DNA of 64,000 bases from Vicugna vicugna (GCA_013265495.1 MU058687.1:1674001-1738000); one strand, 5' to 3'. Numbered from the stretch's first letter, positions 11,789-24,928 are shown. The notes: generated by a model not told the origin, from the letters alone. Translations and numbers: made by a program.

Positions 11789-11862
11789 ATGCCAGTTGTG
11801 ATGGCCCGGGACCTGGAGGAAACAGCATCATCCTCAGAGGATGAGGAGGTGGTAAGCCAAGA
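11789..11862 (+). CDS. TTLL5: TTLL5 first coding exon (exon 2, starts 11696): [25 protein letters not shown]
   Basis: Acceptor tttctttcag| at 11695/11696, ATG at 11789, donor GA|gtaagt. Matches the TTLL5 N-terminus I recognise. Confidence 0.95.
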
Positions 11863-13244
11863 GTAAGTAATAGCAAGCCTGCTTTTGACCTTTTGCCTTT
11901 AGGATGGAAAATAGTTCTTTTTCACTCATACCCTCTTATACCCATTATCCTTCCTTTGGTGTTGTCTGACTCTGATTTTAGTTTCTACACGTGGTCTAAT
12001 TCAAGATCTTTATTATTGGATCACTGTCAGCCATCTGAAATGAGATAAGGCTCTGTTTCTGGGTACATGAGCATCGGCTCTAGATGTTGCATGCAGTAGC
12101 TCTTAGTCAACTCTTGATCAGAGCTCCTGACATAGGTTTTGAAATTTTTAGCTACTGAAGAAAAGTAGGTCTCCAAACTCTGTGACATTGGTTATTTTCT
12201 CAAAAGCCTTTACAATGACAGAGAGATGATAATATAGAGAGGTCAAGTAACTTACCAGAGTAAGTGTTCGACAGGACATTAGAATTCTATAGCTTGTGCT
12301 GTGTCTATTGGGCCACATGGCTTTCCTGAGTTCTCTTAGGTAAGAGTCAAGTTTCTTGATTGCTGGGGTCTCATAATAATAAAAATAAATGGTAGTTGTA
12401 AGTGTAGCTGCTATAGATGATGGCAAGAGTTTTAACTGATGTATCTCATTTAGTTGAAAATGTTATTATTCCCACTTTATTAAGCTCAGCCTCACAAATA
12501 TCAAAGGACTTCCTCAGGGACGCATAGAGAGTAAGTGACAGATTTGAGATTCAGACCTAGTTTTCCTGGATTTTGAAGCCCTTAACTATTTTTCCTCCTT
12601 TAACATTATTACTTGACACAGAGAACAAAGAGAATCTGGCTTAATGTTAAGATGAGTTTTTAAGATTCTCTGTGAGTTCCCCTAGGATATGTGTGTGGCA
12701 TGCAGCCTGAAAAGCGGGAATAATATCTCCCAGGCTATTTTTTAGGGGTATAGTTAGGATCACATAGAATACTGTGTATAAACTTTACTTTTAAGGTAAT
12801 AATATAAATATGATAAATGATAAAGTGCCATACAAATGTTAAGGCATTATTCTTACTGGATTTAATATTGAATTTAAAGTGTATTTCTTAATATAAAGTT
12901 AGAAGATTACATTATTTAATGTAATTTGAAAAAATTGTCAAAGCATTAGTAAAGCTTTGGGGAAAGGCTTCTCATCACTGTTAGATCATAGAAAATAATA
13001 GAGGTCATAGAAAATAATAAGGATTTGGTGTTATATTTGGGTCATTCTCATTCAGGATAATTAAGTGGATAATTCCCTCTGGTCACTTTGCCTTCTTGTG
13101 ACTTTTTGTTTTCTGTGTGCTACTTCCTACCCATTTCACAAAAATTTAAACTCTGCTATAAGCGTTAGTCTTTCTGATTCAAGATCTTTTAGCTTTATGA
13201 CTGTCTTTTATATTAATGGGCTTACAGGTTGGGCTCAACAAGTA

Positions 13245-13323
13245 TTAGGTTGAACTATATAAAATCGCTATTTTGGTAGATCAAAAACAGTCAAATATTG
13301 TCAATTTTAGATGGTTCACCTAA
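13245..13323. mobile_element. MADE2-like mariner-derived MITE
   Basis: About 80-bp imperfect palindrome ttaggttgaactatataaaat...aattttagatggttcacctaa flanked by TA on both sides. Confidence 0.85.
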
Positions 13324-13412
13324 TATTTTAGGAGGTATTCAATAAATACTGACCGAATGACTAACTGAATGAATGAATAAATGGAGACTTTGTGCTTTAG
13401 GACAGCTTAGGT

Positions 13413-14115
13413 TGAGGATTCTTAACCTTTCTTATGCTGTGAATCCTTTATCAGAATAATATTTTAAGTGCTTAAAATAAAATACATATCGTTATAAAGA
13501 ATACCAATTACATTGAAATGCAGTTATTAAAATTAAAAAAGCAAACTTATAATACAGTAATACATGCTTTTTTTATTAATACATTAAATAACAAGATCAT
13601 CTAAAAGGTGAGGAAGTTAAATTTTATTTTCCTAAGACAGCAACGTGAAGACTGTTTTTGTTTAGTTTGCATAAGTGCATCTCACTTGGGTGGTCTTTGA
13701 TTAACCCTTGTAAGTGCGAAATACTGGGAAACATCATAGATGTCTGGACCACCACTGTGTGATGTCACCATTTGGTGCTGAATGATTGCTTCACAAAGAG
13801 GTGCCAAATCTTTGTCCTTCCTCATCACACCAGATGAGGGAGACTGATCACGGGTGATCTAGTGGCAATTTTAACAACTACTATAACTTGGAAGTAGTGA
13901 TAAATGTCAGTGATGTTTTGAGGTATTTGCAACAATTGCTGCATGGTGTAAAAAGTCTGTAATTTCAGATGGAATCAAAGACACAGGTAGTGCTAATACT
14001 ACTGTGCTTTGTTGCCTGTATTCATAATTGAGAAATGCTAAATTTCTGGTAGAAGTTAGTGAAAATATAGGTGTAATTCCATCCCCCCACCCCAATCCAA
14101 ATTCATGGACTTTTT
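13413..14115 (+). mobile_element. hAT-Charlie (Charlie4-like) DNA transposon remnant
   Basis: ggattcttaacc start and internal blocks homologous to 24929-25415. Confidence 0.7.
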
Positions 14116-15056
14116 GCTCCTCTTCCTTTTAAACTCCTAGTGTTGAGTTTTGATTGTTAATGTTCCATCAACTCATGTCTATCAGATACTTGTTCTATGC
14201 ATTAGGAATCTTAAATCAATCTTGTTCATACTTGGAGCAACATGCTTACATTTTTAAAGGTTTGGAAGTTAGAAGGTCTTAAACCATCTAAGGATGTTGA
14301 CTTGACCCAAAGATGTGTATCCATGGACATCTGCTAGATCTGCTCAGATCCCTAGGTTGTATTAAAGTATTAATGCTCTCCAGTCATAGGTATTAGAGCC
14401 AGACATTGTCTTGGCATCCTTGTTTTGCATGGCATTATTACAAATAGTAAATGTGAAGGGGCTCTTTTTCTATGTTTTGCTTGGAGATTCCAAATACAAA
14501 TTTATACTTAGATGTGGAAATTTTCATAACGAAGATTTGATGTATGGTTTCTTTAGTCACTTAAAAATGTTAACTTTAATTCCAGTCATAAAAGGGGCAT
14601 TATATCAGTTAAAAAGATCATCAACTAATGAGAGCTACAGGAGTTCAGAGAAGGAAGGCATCACTGTGGGCTGGAGGAGCTGGGGAAAGCTCCATGGAGG
14701 TGGTGAGATGCGCTGGGCTTTAAAGAGTAGGAGTAAATGAACTGAGGGAAGTGGGGAAGGCATTTCTAGCAGGGACATTGATATGAACAAGGGATAGAGG
14801 CTTTGAGTTATGTAGGCTGGATCCCAGGAGTGAATAATATATATTCCTCATGAAATTGCTTCTTAAAAGCCAAAACGTTCTTAAGCTCTCAATAAAGTGA
14901 ACCATAAAACTGGTCTACTTTGGTAATTAATTATCCAAATTCTTTGTTCTTTCATGCCTGTAAAGCATAATTTCTTAACATATACCGGTTTCTGGTATGA
15001 ATGAAAATGTAGCATCCCAATTTTCAGTTTCCTAATCATTTTGAATCTTTTCCCTT

Positions 15057-15075
15057 TAGCGACACCTAGTGGGAG
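15057..15075 (-). promoter_or_regulatory. Candidate CTCF site
   Basis: Minus strand reads CCACTAGGTGTCGCTA, with the CpG retained in CpG-poor intron. Confidence 0.5.
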
Positions 15076-15640
15076 GATGCTTTTAATAACAATGTAGCAT
15101 CTGCCTTACGTGTTTTTTAGTTGACCTTACTGAATTAATGATTTGTCTGCTGCCTCTTTTCTCTTTTTATAAGTTGTAAATGAGATGATTCTGTCAGGGA
15201 TTTGGCTTTCTATAGATGGTATGGTGAAGGCCTTGGCTCTTCTCAGCTCTGTATCTGTTTATTATGTTCCTGATTATTGCCAAGCATTTTTAACTTTTAG
15301 CAATAATCCATTCTAAGTGCTAAGGCACAGTGGTGCCAGCTTGCAGCAAGAGCTAGGTTGACAAGGAACTTTGGATAGTTTCCAAAGTGTCTAAGATTTT
15401 ATAGTTTAGAATCCGTCCCTGCTTCAGCCAATCAGGGCCCATCCCTGGAGCAGGGATGGAGTTAATCTTAAACAGACCCCATGACAAAGAATGGGAGATG
15501 AATGGTTTCCCATAGGACATTTGGGATACTTGTTCCAGAAGGAAGGAAAAGTTACTAAGCAACAGACCACAGTGATCTGCTTCAGTTGTTAATTCAAATT
15601 TTGAGCTGTAAATTAATAAAGCCTTTTGTTACGGTTGTAG

Positions 15641-15747
15641 GGATCATCCATGTATCATGTGGACTGGAGGCTGCAGGAGAATTCCAGTTTTGGTATTCCA
15701 TGCTGAGGCTATTCTGACAAAGGACAACAATATTCGAATAATTGGAG
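15641..15747 (+). CDS. TTLL5: TTLL5 exon 3: [35 protein letters not shown]
   Basis: gttgtag| ... G|gtaggt; 107 nt; frame continuous. Confidence 0.96.
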
Positions 15748-15934
15748 GTAGGTCTGACCTCCCCCACAGAGGGCAGGGCTGGGCATGGCCTTAATAACAC
15801 CTTCTTGCAGAAATTGATACTACATTTAGATAGAGAAACGGACTCGATCATGAGAAAATTCTGTGGAATAATTTTATACATGAAAGGATTATCTGTGATT
15901 TCTTAAATTGTGTTCTGCATATTCAATTGTTTTC

Positions 15935-18900
15935 CCTCTTTTTTTTTTTTAGAATTATGTGTACATGTGTTTATTGTTTTGGTTTTTTTCCCCAATTTTA
16001 TTGAGATATAATTGACATACAGCGCTGTACAAGTTTAAGGTGTACGACGTAATGATTTAACTTACATACATCATGAAATGATTGTCACAAGTTTAGTGAT
16101 ACTGTTTTTCGTAATTGTGGTAAAATGCACATAACCAAATTGACTGTTTTCACCATTTTAGAGTATACAGCTCAGTGGCATTTAGTACATTCATAGTATT
16201 GTGCACCCATCACCACTATCTAGTTCCAGAACATCTTCATCATCCTCAAAGTGAACCCTGTACCCATTAAGCAGTCACTCCCATTCTCCTTTATCCCAGC
16301 TCCTGGCAATCACTATTCTACTGTCTATCTCTGTGGCTTTGTCTAATCTAGATATTTCATATAAATGGATTCATACAACATGTAGCCTTTTTTGTCTGGC
16401 TTCTTTCAATTAGCATAATGTTTTCAAGGTTCACTCATGTTGTGGCATGTATCAGTACTTCATGCCTTTTTTTTATGGCTATTTCCCATTGTATGGATAT
16501 ACTACATTTTGTTTATCCATTCATCAGTTAGTGGATGGTTGTTTCTACCTTTTGTCTGTTATAAATAGTGCTGCTGTCAACATTCATGTATAACTTTTTG
16601 TTTGAACACCTGTTTTCAATTCTATTGGGTATATGCCTAGGAATGGAATTGCTAGGTCATATAGTAATTCTTTGTTTAACTTATTAAGGAACTACCAAAG
16701 GATTTTCCATAGTGACTGCACAATTTTACATTCCCACCAGCAATATATGTGAATTTCAGTTTCTCCACATCCACACTAACATTCGTTATTTTCTGTTTTT
16801 TAGAATATACCAATGGATGAGAAGTGGTATCTTATTGTGGTTATGATTTGCATTTCCCTAATGATTAATGACATTGAGCTTTCATGTGCTTCTTGGCCAT
16901 TTGTGTATCTTCTTTGGAGAAATGTCTATCAAGATGTTTGCCTATTTTTTTGATTGAGTTGCTTGTCTTTTTGTTGATTTGTGAGAGTTCTTTACACATT
17001 CTGGATACTAGACTCTTAGCAGAAAAATGATTTACAAATATTTTTTCCTTTTCTGTGGTTTGTCTTTTCACTCCCTTGATAGTGTTCTTTCATGAGGAAA
17101 AGTTTTTCATTTTGATAATGTTCAATTTATTTTTTCTTTCGTTGCTTATGCTTTTTGTGTCGTATCTAAGAAACCATTTCCTAATCCAAAGCCATGATCC
17201 CTATGCTTTCTTCTAAGAGATTTATAGTTTAAGTTCTTATATTTTGAGCCAAATGATCTTTGATCGTTTTTTTTATACAGTGTGAGGAAAGGGTCCACCT
17301 TCATTCTTTCACATGTGGATATCCAGTTGCTCCAGCGTTAGTTGGAGAGACTATTTTTTCCCTATTGAATAATCTTGGCACTATTGTTGAAAATCAGTCA
17401 ACCATAGATGTATAGGTTTATTTCTGTACTCTTAATATTCCAGCAATGTGTACACTTATTCTTATACCAGTGCTATATTATATTGATTACTGTACCTTTG
17501 TGCTGAGATTTGAAATTTGGAAATGTGATTCCTCTAACTTTGTTTTTCTTTTTCAAGATTTTCTTGCTATTCAGTGTCCTTTGCAATTCCATTTGAATTT
17601 TAGGGTCAGCTTTTTCATTTCTGCAAAAAAGACTGTTGAGATTTTGGTAGGGAGTGTAGTGAATCTGTAAATTGCTTTTGGATTGCCATCTTAGTGTTAA
17701 GTCTTCCAGTCCATGAACATGGGATGTCTTTCCATTTATTTAGGTCTTCTTTAGTTTCTTTAGCAATGTTTTATAGTTTTTAGTGTGCAAGTCTTGTAGC
17801 TCCTTGTTTAGCTTTATTCCTAAATATTTTATTCTTTTTGATGCTATTATAAATGAAATTGTTTTCTCAGTTTCATTTTTGGGTTGTTCATTGTCAATGT
17901 ATAGATTTTTGTATATCGATCTTGTATCCTGAACCTTGCTGAACTCATTTATTAGCTCTAACAGTTTGTGTTGGTGTGTGTATTCTTTAGGATTATCTCT
18001 GTGTAAGATCATGTCATCAGCAAATTGAGATTTTACTTCTTTCCAACCTGGATGCCTTTATTTCTTTTTTCTGCCTAATTGCTCTGGCTCGAACTTCCAG
18101 TACAAAGTTGAATAGAAGTGGTGAAAGTGGGCCTCTTTGTCTTGTCCCTGTTCTTAGGGGGAAATCTTTCAGTCTTTCACCATTCAGTATGATGTTAGCT
18201 GTTGGTTTTTCATAAATGCCCTTTATCATATTGAGGAAGTTCCCTTCTGTTTTTGTTGTTGTTGTTGTTATTGTTGTTGTGGAGTGTTTTTTATCATGCA
18301 ACAGTGTTGGATTTTGTCAAGTGCTTTATCTACATCAGTTGAGATGATTGTATGTCTTTTTGTTCTTTCTTATTATTTATGTGGTATATTTACATTGATT
18401 GACTGGTTGACTTTTGTATGTTGAACTACCCTTGCATTCCTGAGGTAAATCTCACTTGGTCATGGTATATAATCCTTTTAATATGTTGCTGGATTTGGTT
18501 TGCTAGTATTTTGTTGAGAATATTTGTTCCTATATTCATAAGGGATATTGTTTTATAGTTTTCTTTTGATGCCTTAGCCTGGCTTTGATATTAGGGTAAT
18601 ACTGGTCTCATAGAATGAGTGCTTTCCTCCTTTTTGGAAAAGTTTGAGAAGGATTGGCATAATTCTTTGAATGTTTGATAGAATTCACTAGTGAAGTATC
18701 TAGTCCTGATCTTTTCTTTGTTGGAAGGTTTTTGACTGTTGGTTCAACCTCTACTTGTCCATTCTATTTTTTATTTCTCATTGAGTCAGTTTTGGTACTT
18801 TATGTGTTTCTAGGTTTTTGTCCATTTAATTTAGTTTATGTAATTTTGTTGGCATGTAATTATTCATAGTATTCTTTTATAATTCTTTTTATCTCTGTAA

Positions 18901-19090
18901 TAAAGTAGTAATATCCACACCTTCATTTCTGATTTTAGTAATTTGAATCTTTTCTCTTTTGTCTTAGTCAGTCTAGCTAAAGGTTTGTCAATTTAGATGA
19001 TCATTTTATAAAGCCAACTTTTTATTTTGTTTATTTTCTTTATTGTTTTTCTATTCTCAATTTAATTTATCTACATTCGTCTTTGATTTT
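15935..19090 (-). mobile_element. Old L1 (L1M-type), about 3 kb, with degraded ORF2 reverse-transcriptase region; possibly composite at its 3' end
   Basis: Minus-strand ORF fragments 16865..17071, 17740..18012 (RIKYLGIKL) and 18017..18301 ([10 protein letters not shown], [14 protein letters not shown]) are L1 ORF2 motifs broken by stops and frameshifts. Confidence 0.93.
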
Positions 19091-20478
19091 AAGGAGTACT
19101 CTGAGTCTTGGTGTTAGCCTGTAGCTGTCTTCAAAGTTTACACTCTATGGGTCCAAACTGTTGTGTGATACAGTGGAAAGAGTCTATATGTGGGTTCTCA
19201 GCCATTAGTTCAAATTTCAGCTTTGACATTTACTAGCTGTCGATCTTGTGTAATCTTTTAAACTCTCTTAGTTCATTTCATTTTTAGTAAAATGGAGATA
19301 ATAGCTACCTTACAGGCATTGTGAGAATTAAATGAGGTCATTTAATGTTTGACACATAGTAGACACTCAAAACTTATGCTTACTCTACTTATTGAACAGG
19401 ATCTGCTGTACTTTAAAATGACTTTAAGGTCTGTCCTTGCCCCATAATAACCCAGGAGTTCACAGGACAGTGAGCACCTGCTTCTGGGATTTGAATTCTC
19501 CTCCCTCCCCAAGGGTCATGGTATTCTAATCCTCTCAGCAAGTTGCTAGGTTACCACTTAAAGGGACATGGTTCATTCATGTTCTCTGAAACCTGAGTAA
19601 CAGCGTATTTGCTAACATTTGCTGAGAAACTTCCTCTAAGTATGATTAGAGTCAAAACATCAAAGGTGGGTGAAAACAACAAAGGAAATAATCCCCCCCA
19701 AACATACTTCTTTTGGTTTGCTTGTCACATAAATGAATCCAAGTATTTTATGGCAGTAGGCAGATCTTCTTAAGAACACTTGACATTTCTTGGAAATTAG
19801 CATCGATCAATGTAATGCCATTATTCAAGCAGTCACTATTTTCTAGAACCTATAAGTCTTTGAATTTTTTTCCTTTGCACATTCCTGTGATTAAAGAAAA
19901 AGCAACTAACCTTTTTTCTCAAACTCTGTTTTTGAGTATTCTGTATATTCCCAATTCCTTGAGGTTTAGTAATTTTCTTCACCTTCCTTTTTGAAAAGAA
20001 CAGTTTGAATGAGTTTTGTTAGTTGCTGCCTCAGATTTCAGAATTGTTAAACATTTTGGTCTTTTTTTCCCTCTCTCTCTCTTAAATAGCTGACATAGAT
20101 CTGCTCAGATCATAATCCTGCGTTAAATCCCCTTGAGAAGTATATCTGGGGCATTAGTTATCTTCTGTTGATCTTAGAATGTTAGATTCTAACCTTGTTT
20201 TTTCTGTTATCTGTTCAATGTTTCATTGAATTCACTGTTAGTATTTTTGATACATGAGATTATATATGCTTTATTTGTGAAATATTCATGGAATATGCTT
20301 TTTCTTACTATATCCATTTTTTCCCAAAATTATATGTACCTTGAACATGAAAATGGGATTGCTTATTAAAGACAACAGAGATATTTGCAGTTTAAAGTAA
20401 TCTTTTCCTAGAATGAAGTATCATTTTACAATTTGCCTATGAGTATATCTGTTTCATAAATTTGCATTTGTATAGACT

Positions 20479-20940
20479 AGCACTGTCCAACAGAAATATA
20501 TGAACTATACATGTAATTTTTCAATAGCTTTATTTAAAAAAGTATAGAAATAGGTAACACTAATTTTAATAATATAATTTATTTAATCCCAAATATCATA
20601 TCCACATTTACTCAGTATAAAAAAATTGCAAAAATATTTTGCATCCAGTGTATATTTTATACTTTTAGTACATCTTTATATGATACAGAATTTTCATTGA
20701 AAGTATTTGGTCTCTATTTAGAAGTATTTAGATTTCATAAATGTTATAGTTGAAGAAGTAAATTCCTATGCTCAAGTTGTTCCAAACAAGTTTTCCAATA
20801 ACTGAATAAGTATCAGTTTTAAATTTTAGATTTATTTAAGTTAAATAAAATGAAAAATTCAGTTCCTCTGCCCCACTAGTCACATTTCAAGTGCCCAGTA
20901 GTTACATGTGGCTTAGTGAGTACCATATCCAAAAGTGCTG
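20479..20940. mobile_element. MER33/Charlie5-like hAT element
   Basis: tagcactgtccaacagaa ... cactagtcacatttcaagtgc...acatgtggc...aagtgctg ends. Confidence 0.7.
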
Positions 20941-23023
20941 GTAAAGACCTAATTTTCTGACAGTAAGGCAAAGCCACACTGTCTTACCATTGAAGGGGTT
21001 ATTCTTGTATTCTAAAAGTCAAAAACACGAGTTTTATCTTAATTCTAGTTTCCCATGCTACTTTTGACCAAACTCTTTGGGCATTTCATACTCCCTAGAT
21101 GCTTCTGTGTTGACAGATGATTGGTCCCTTGTTTGTCTTTGCTCCACTGCAGTCAGTCCTGGAACTTGCCAGGGGTCCTAGCTTTTCAGGTTGTCTCCTG
21201 GGATGCACGTGAGTGGTTGGAGAGGAGGAAATTCTACAGTCTTATGGTGGAATTGACACGATGCGTGTTCAGAGGCTCAGATGTTGGAAGTTTGGCAGCT
21301 TACGAGCGGGACCATGCCCTGCCTCTTATTTTATATGGATGAAAACATGGCCAACCAAGGCTGTCGGTCTTGGGCAGTTGTACAAGTTCAGTTTATAGTT
21401 GCAATTCTCCACTTGTCTCTTACTAGGGAAGGGGAGCCCAAGCTTACTTTCAAAAGAATCCCCCAAATCTAGATTTTTATGTGAATTCTTCCAATTTTAA
21501 AAGGTTAGCAACTAATTCAATTTTATACTGAAAATGCCATGAGGAATGGACAGACTATATAGGCTGGATTTGGCTCCTAGGTTACCAGTTTATAACTTCT
21601 CATCTAATGTGTACTGGTAAAGCATTATTGGACATTGGGCTATTGAACACAGAACATGAATGTGAGTTAAAATCCTCAGCAGTCACTGTTGCTTTATATC
21701 ACTCCACCCTGTCTCTCTTGCACTCCCGTTTTGGAACATATTCAGTGTGCTTGAGTTGGGTTAGAGTTAGTTGGTATGGATTAGTAGTAGATGGTCACTG
21801 CTTACTGCTTACATACCGTGAGAATCAGGTCTGCCACTGAGCATGGTGATAACTTTTTCTTCTGTATTAGGACAAGTAGGAGAAAGAGTATTAATAGCAT
21901 TTTTATTTTTAAATTTGGTATAAAGCGTATGATTTACTATGTAAGATACTACATATTAATAGCTGTTTTACTATGTGTTTACTTTTTAACTATATGAAAA
22001 ATTTTTCTATGTGTCTGAGCTTTCTTGTATTCTAAAAGCTTTACATATGTTAACTGAGTGCTTTCAACTACCTTTGTTACTAACCCCATTTTATAGGTGA
22101 GGAAACTGAACATAGTGAAATTAAATAAATAATTCAAGACAGCAGGCAGGAAGGAGTAGAGCCAGGATTTGGACCCTGGCAGTTCAGCTCCAAAGACATG
22201 CCCTTTCTCTTACCTCCCCTGTCCTCCCCTGGTCCCCATATAATGATTCTCTAGTTTTCCACACACCTTACCTATCGCCTTCCCTGTGGCCTGGCACTGT
22301 GGGGCTAGCACTGCAGAACAGACACAGAATCAGCGCAGTCCTGGTCCCAGCAGTCAATGAGGCTTTGGCTTTTGTGCAAAAATGGAGATGTCATTGATCA
22401 CAGTTGTCGTAATAAAAAGACCTGGTTTTCTTTCATTTTTCTGAGCATTTTATTTAAAAAAATTAAAAACCACCCAACAAGTTGTAAGAATAGTACAATG
22501 AATGCATGTGTACTATTTCCCTAGTTTCACCAATTATTAACATTTTTCCATGTTTGTTTCTCCCTCTCTTTTTCTTTCTGAACCATTTGAAAATTAGTTC
22601 AAATACTTCCCACCTAAATACTTTTTTCAACACGTTTATCCTAAGAACAAGGGCATCCTTGTTCTTTTTGCAGGAATATCACTTAGTGAAGTCATGGCCT
22701 TCTCTGTGTATTCTATTAGGAAGCATATCATGTCCATTATATTGCATTACTGGTGATGGCAAGTTTGATCATTTGGTTAAAATAGTGTTTACCAGCTTGC
22801 TTCATTGTAAAGATACCTATCTCCTTTGTTACAAGCATTCTCTGGAGTGTTATTTTCAGAATTGTGAATGTTCTGTTCCCCAGTAGTCTCTCCCCTGATA
22901 GTGTCCATTGATTCTTGTCTGAATCACTTACTCTTACAGTTTTTGTAGAATGGTGATTTTCTATTTCTATTTTTCCTTCTACATTTATTAGCTGGCTTTT
23001 CAGTAAAGAAGAGCTTTCTCTTC

Positions 23024-23435
23024 TGTGTTTGGCAGAATAATGGTCCCCCAAAGATGTCCACCTCTTAATCCCCAGAACCTGTGAAAATGTTCCTGACTTA
23101 GCAAGGGGGAATTGAGGTCGTAGATGGAATTAAGGTTGCTAATCAGCTAACCCTTAAGAAAAGGAGATTCTTCAGCTGGGCCTAGTGTAATTACAAGAGT
23201 CCTTTAAAGTAGAAGAAGGAAACAGAACAAGAGTCAGACTGATGCAACTTGAGAAGGACTAGACCTGCCATTGCTGGCTTTGAAGATAGAGGAAAGGGAC
23301 TACCAGCTGGAGAATGGGGGCGGCCTCTAGAAGGTGGAAAAGGAAAGGAAATGGACCCAACCCAGAGCCTCTAGAAAGGAACACAGCCCTGCCGATGGCT
23401 TGATGACGCTTATATTGAACTTCTGACCAAGAAAA
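23024..23435 (+). mobile_element. MLT1D/E-type MaLR LTR fragment inside an old L1 fragment (about 22440-23700)
   Basis: ggcagaataatggtcccccaaagatgtccac...gagcctctagaaaggaacacagccctgc. Confidence 0.8.
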
Positions 23436-24928
23436 CCAGTGCACCTTCTCACCTTCTTATCAGTGTGGATTCATGGGTTGTTTTCTTTTTATAAGTGAAT
23501 TATAATCTGTTTATGTCACTATTGATTTTTATATTCAAATTGCCTCAAATTTGGCCTTAGGGAGCACCCCTTCAGGATCCTTGTATGTGTTCTCATGTCA
23601 CATGAGCACTGTCCTCTTTTTTGGAATAGTTAAGATATTCCATGCTTGTACTTTCTCTCCCCAACATGGAATCAGAACACAAATTCCTTTTTTTTCAATC
23701 TTTTAAAAATTTCTTGTGATCATGTATCTCTAAAGATTGAATATGTGTCCTGGATTGAGCTATATTACCATCTTAATGAATATATAATTGGGCAGAACAA
23801 TATGAGTAAATTACAGTTTTTATAAATAATGAACATAAAAGTAAATAAAAATTGGAAATCCATTCTTAATAGTATGAATTGAGCATTTACAAAATTAATT
23901 GGTTCATTTATCCATGGTTGAATATTATCATTGCTAGAGTAAGACACAGAGTTCAGCTAATTTCTCTTCTTCTTGATTGTTTTTATAGAGGTAAGCACTA
24001 GAAAACCTTAGAACACAAATTCTTGAGCAGTGCACTGTGTTGCTGCTGAGGTTATACATTGCATCCAAGTGAACACACCTGACTCTGGACTGTTTTTCTT
24101 ATAATGAGTATTGGAAAGACAACATAATAGTGTTTGAGCACTGGGAAAGCCATGTAACTGGGCTTTAAAAGTTTGCCACAAGAATGAGAAGTATGGAGTG
24201 TCTGGCCTTGTCATTCCAATCCTCCTGTGTCTGCTTGGCATGGTGTTCCTGTCAGGGCTGGACAAGTAGCAGGAAGGATTTGTGAATATTTTCACATACA
24301 TTTATAAAAAGAGATGCTTATGTTTAACTGTAGAGGCTGAATTTTGTTCTAGGGTCTGTCTATAAGTTTCTGTATTATACTCCTTCAGAAATTGTTCAGT
24401 ATGTAGTCCTTTTTAAAAATTATTCTGAGAATTCTTAGTGAACAATTTGTAGAGATGCATAGAAAGAAATTGAATTTAATGGGCTAGAGTAAATATTAGT
24501 CTTCGGGATATATAGAAACCTCACATGATTATAGACTTTCTTCTTAGACAGAGGTCACAAGCACAGCATGCTCTTAGGGCCCTGGCAGGAGATAAGAATG
24601 AATGAAGCAGGCCGGGTGGGGACGGTGCTGAACTGGACAGCGCAGGCCTGTCCTGAAGGGAGCACTCGCACTTCTCCGGTTGACTCTTGCTTTGCCAGAC
24701 AGAGAGCCCAGGGTTGCCAGAATTTTCAAAACAAGCCCAGAAATCTAGATTTTTATGTGAATTCCTCCAATTTCAAAAGGCTAACAATTAATTCAATTTT
24801 ATTTTTAAAGTACAATGAGAAATAAACCATGTTTGCAGATTGGTTTTTGGCCCTTGTGTCTCAGTTTGTAACCTCTGGTCTAAGATATGCTGGTAACCAG
24901 CATTATTGCACATGAGGGCTGTCTAGAA

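Noticed and set aside
12986..13019. tcatagaaaataata repeated with 19-bp period
   Set aside because: Only two units; a simple slippage duplication, not an array.
16865..18301. Reverse-transcriptase-like peptides as a novel RT system
   Set aside because: These are ordinary L1 ORF2 motifs, fragmented by stops and frameshifts in an antisense intronic L1.
14335..20111. 16-bp exact repeat tagatctgctcagatc at 14335-14350 and 20096-20111
   Set aside because: One 16-mer match is about what chance gives in 64 kb, and the flanks do not align.
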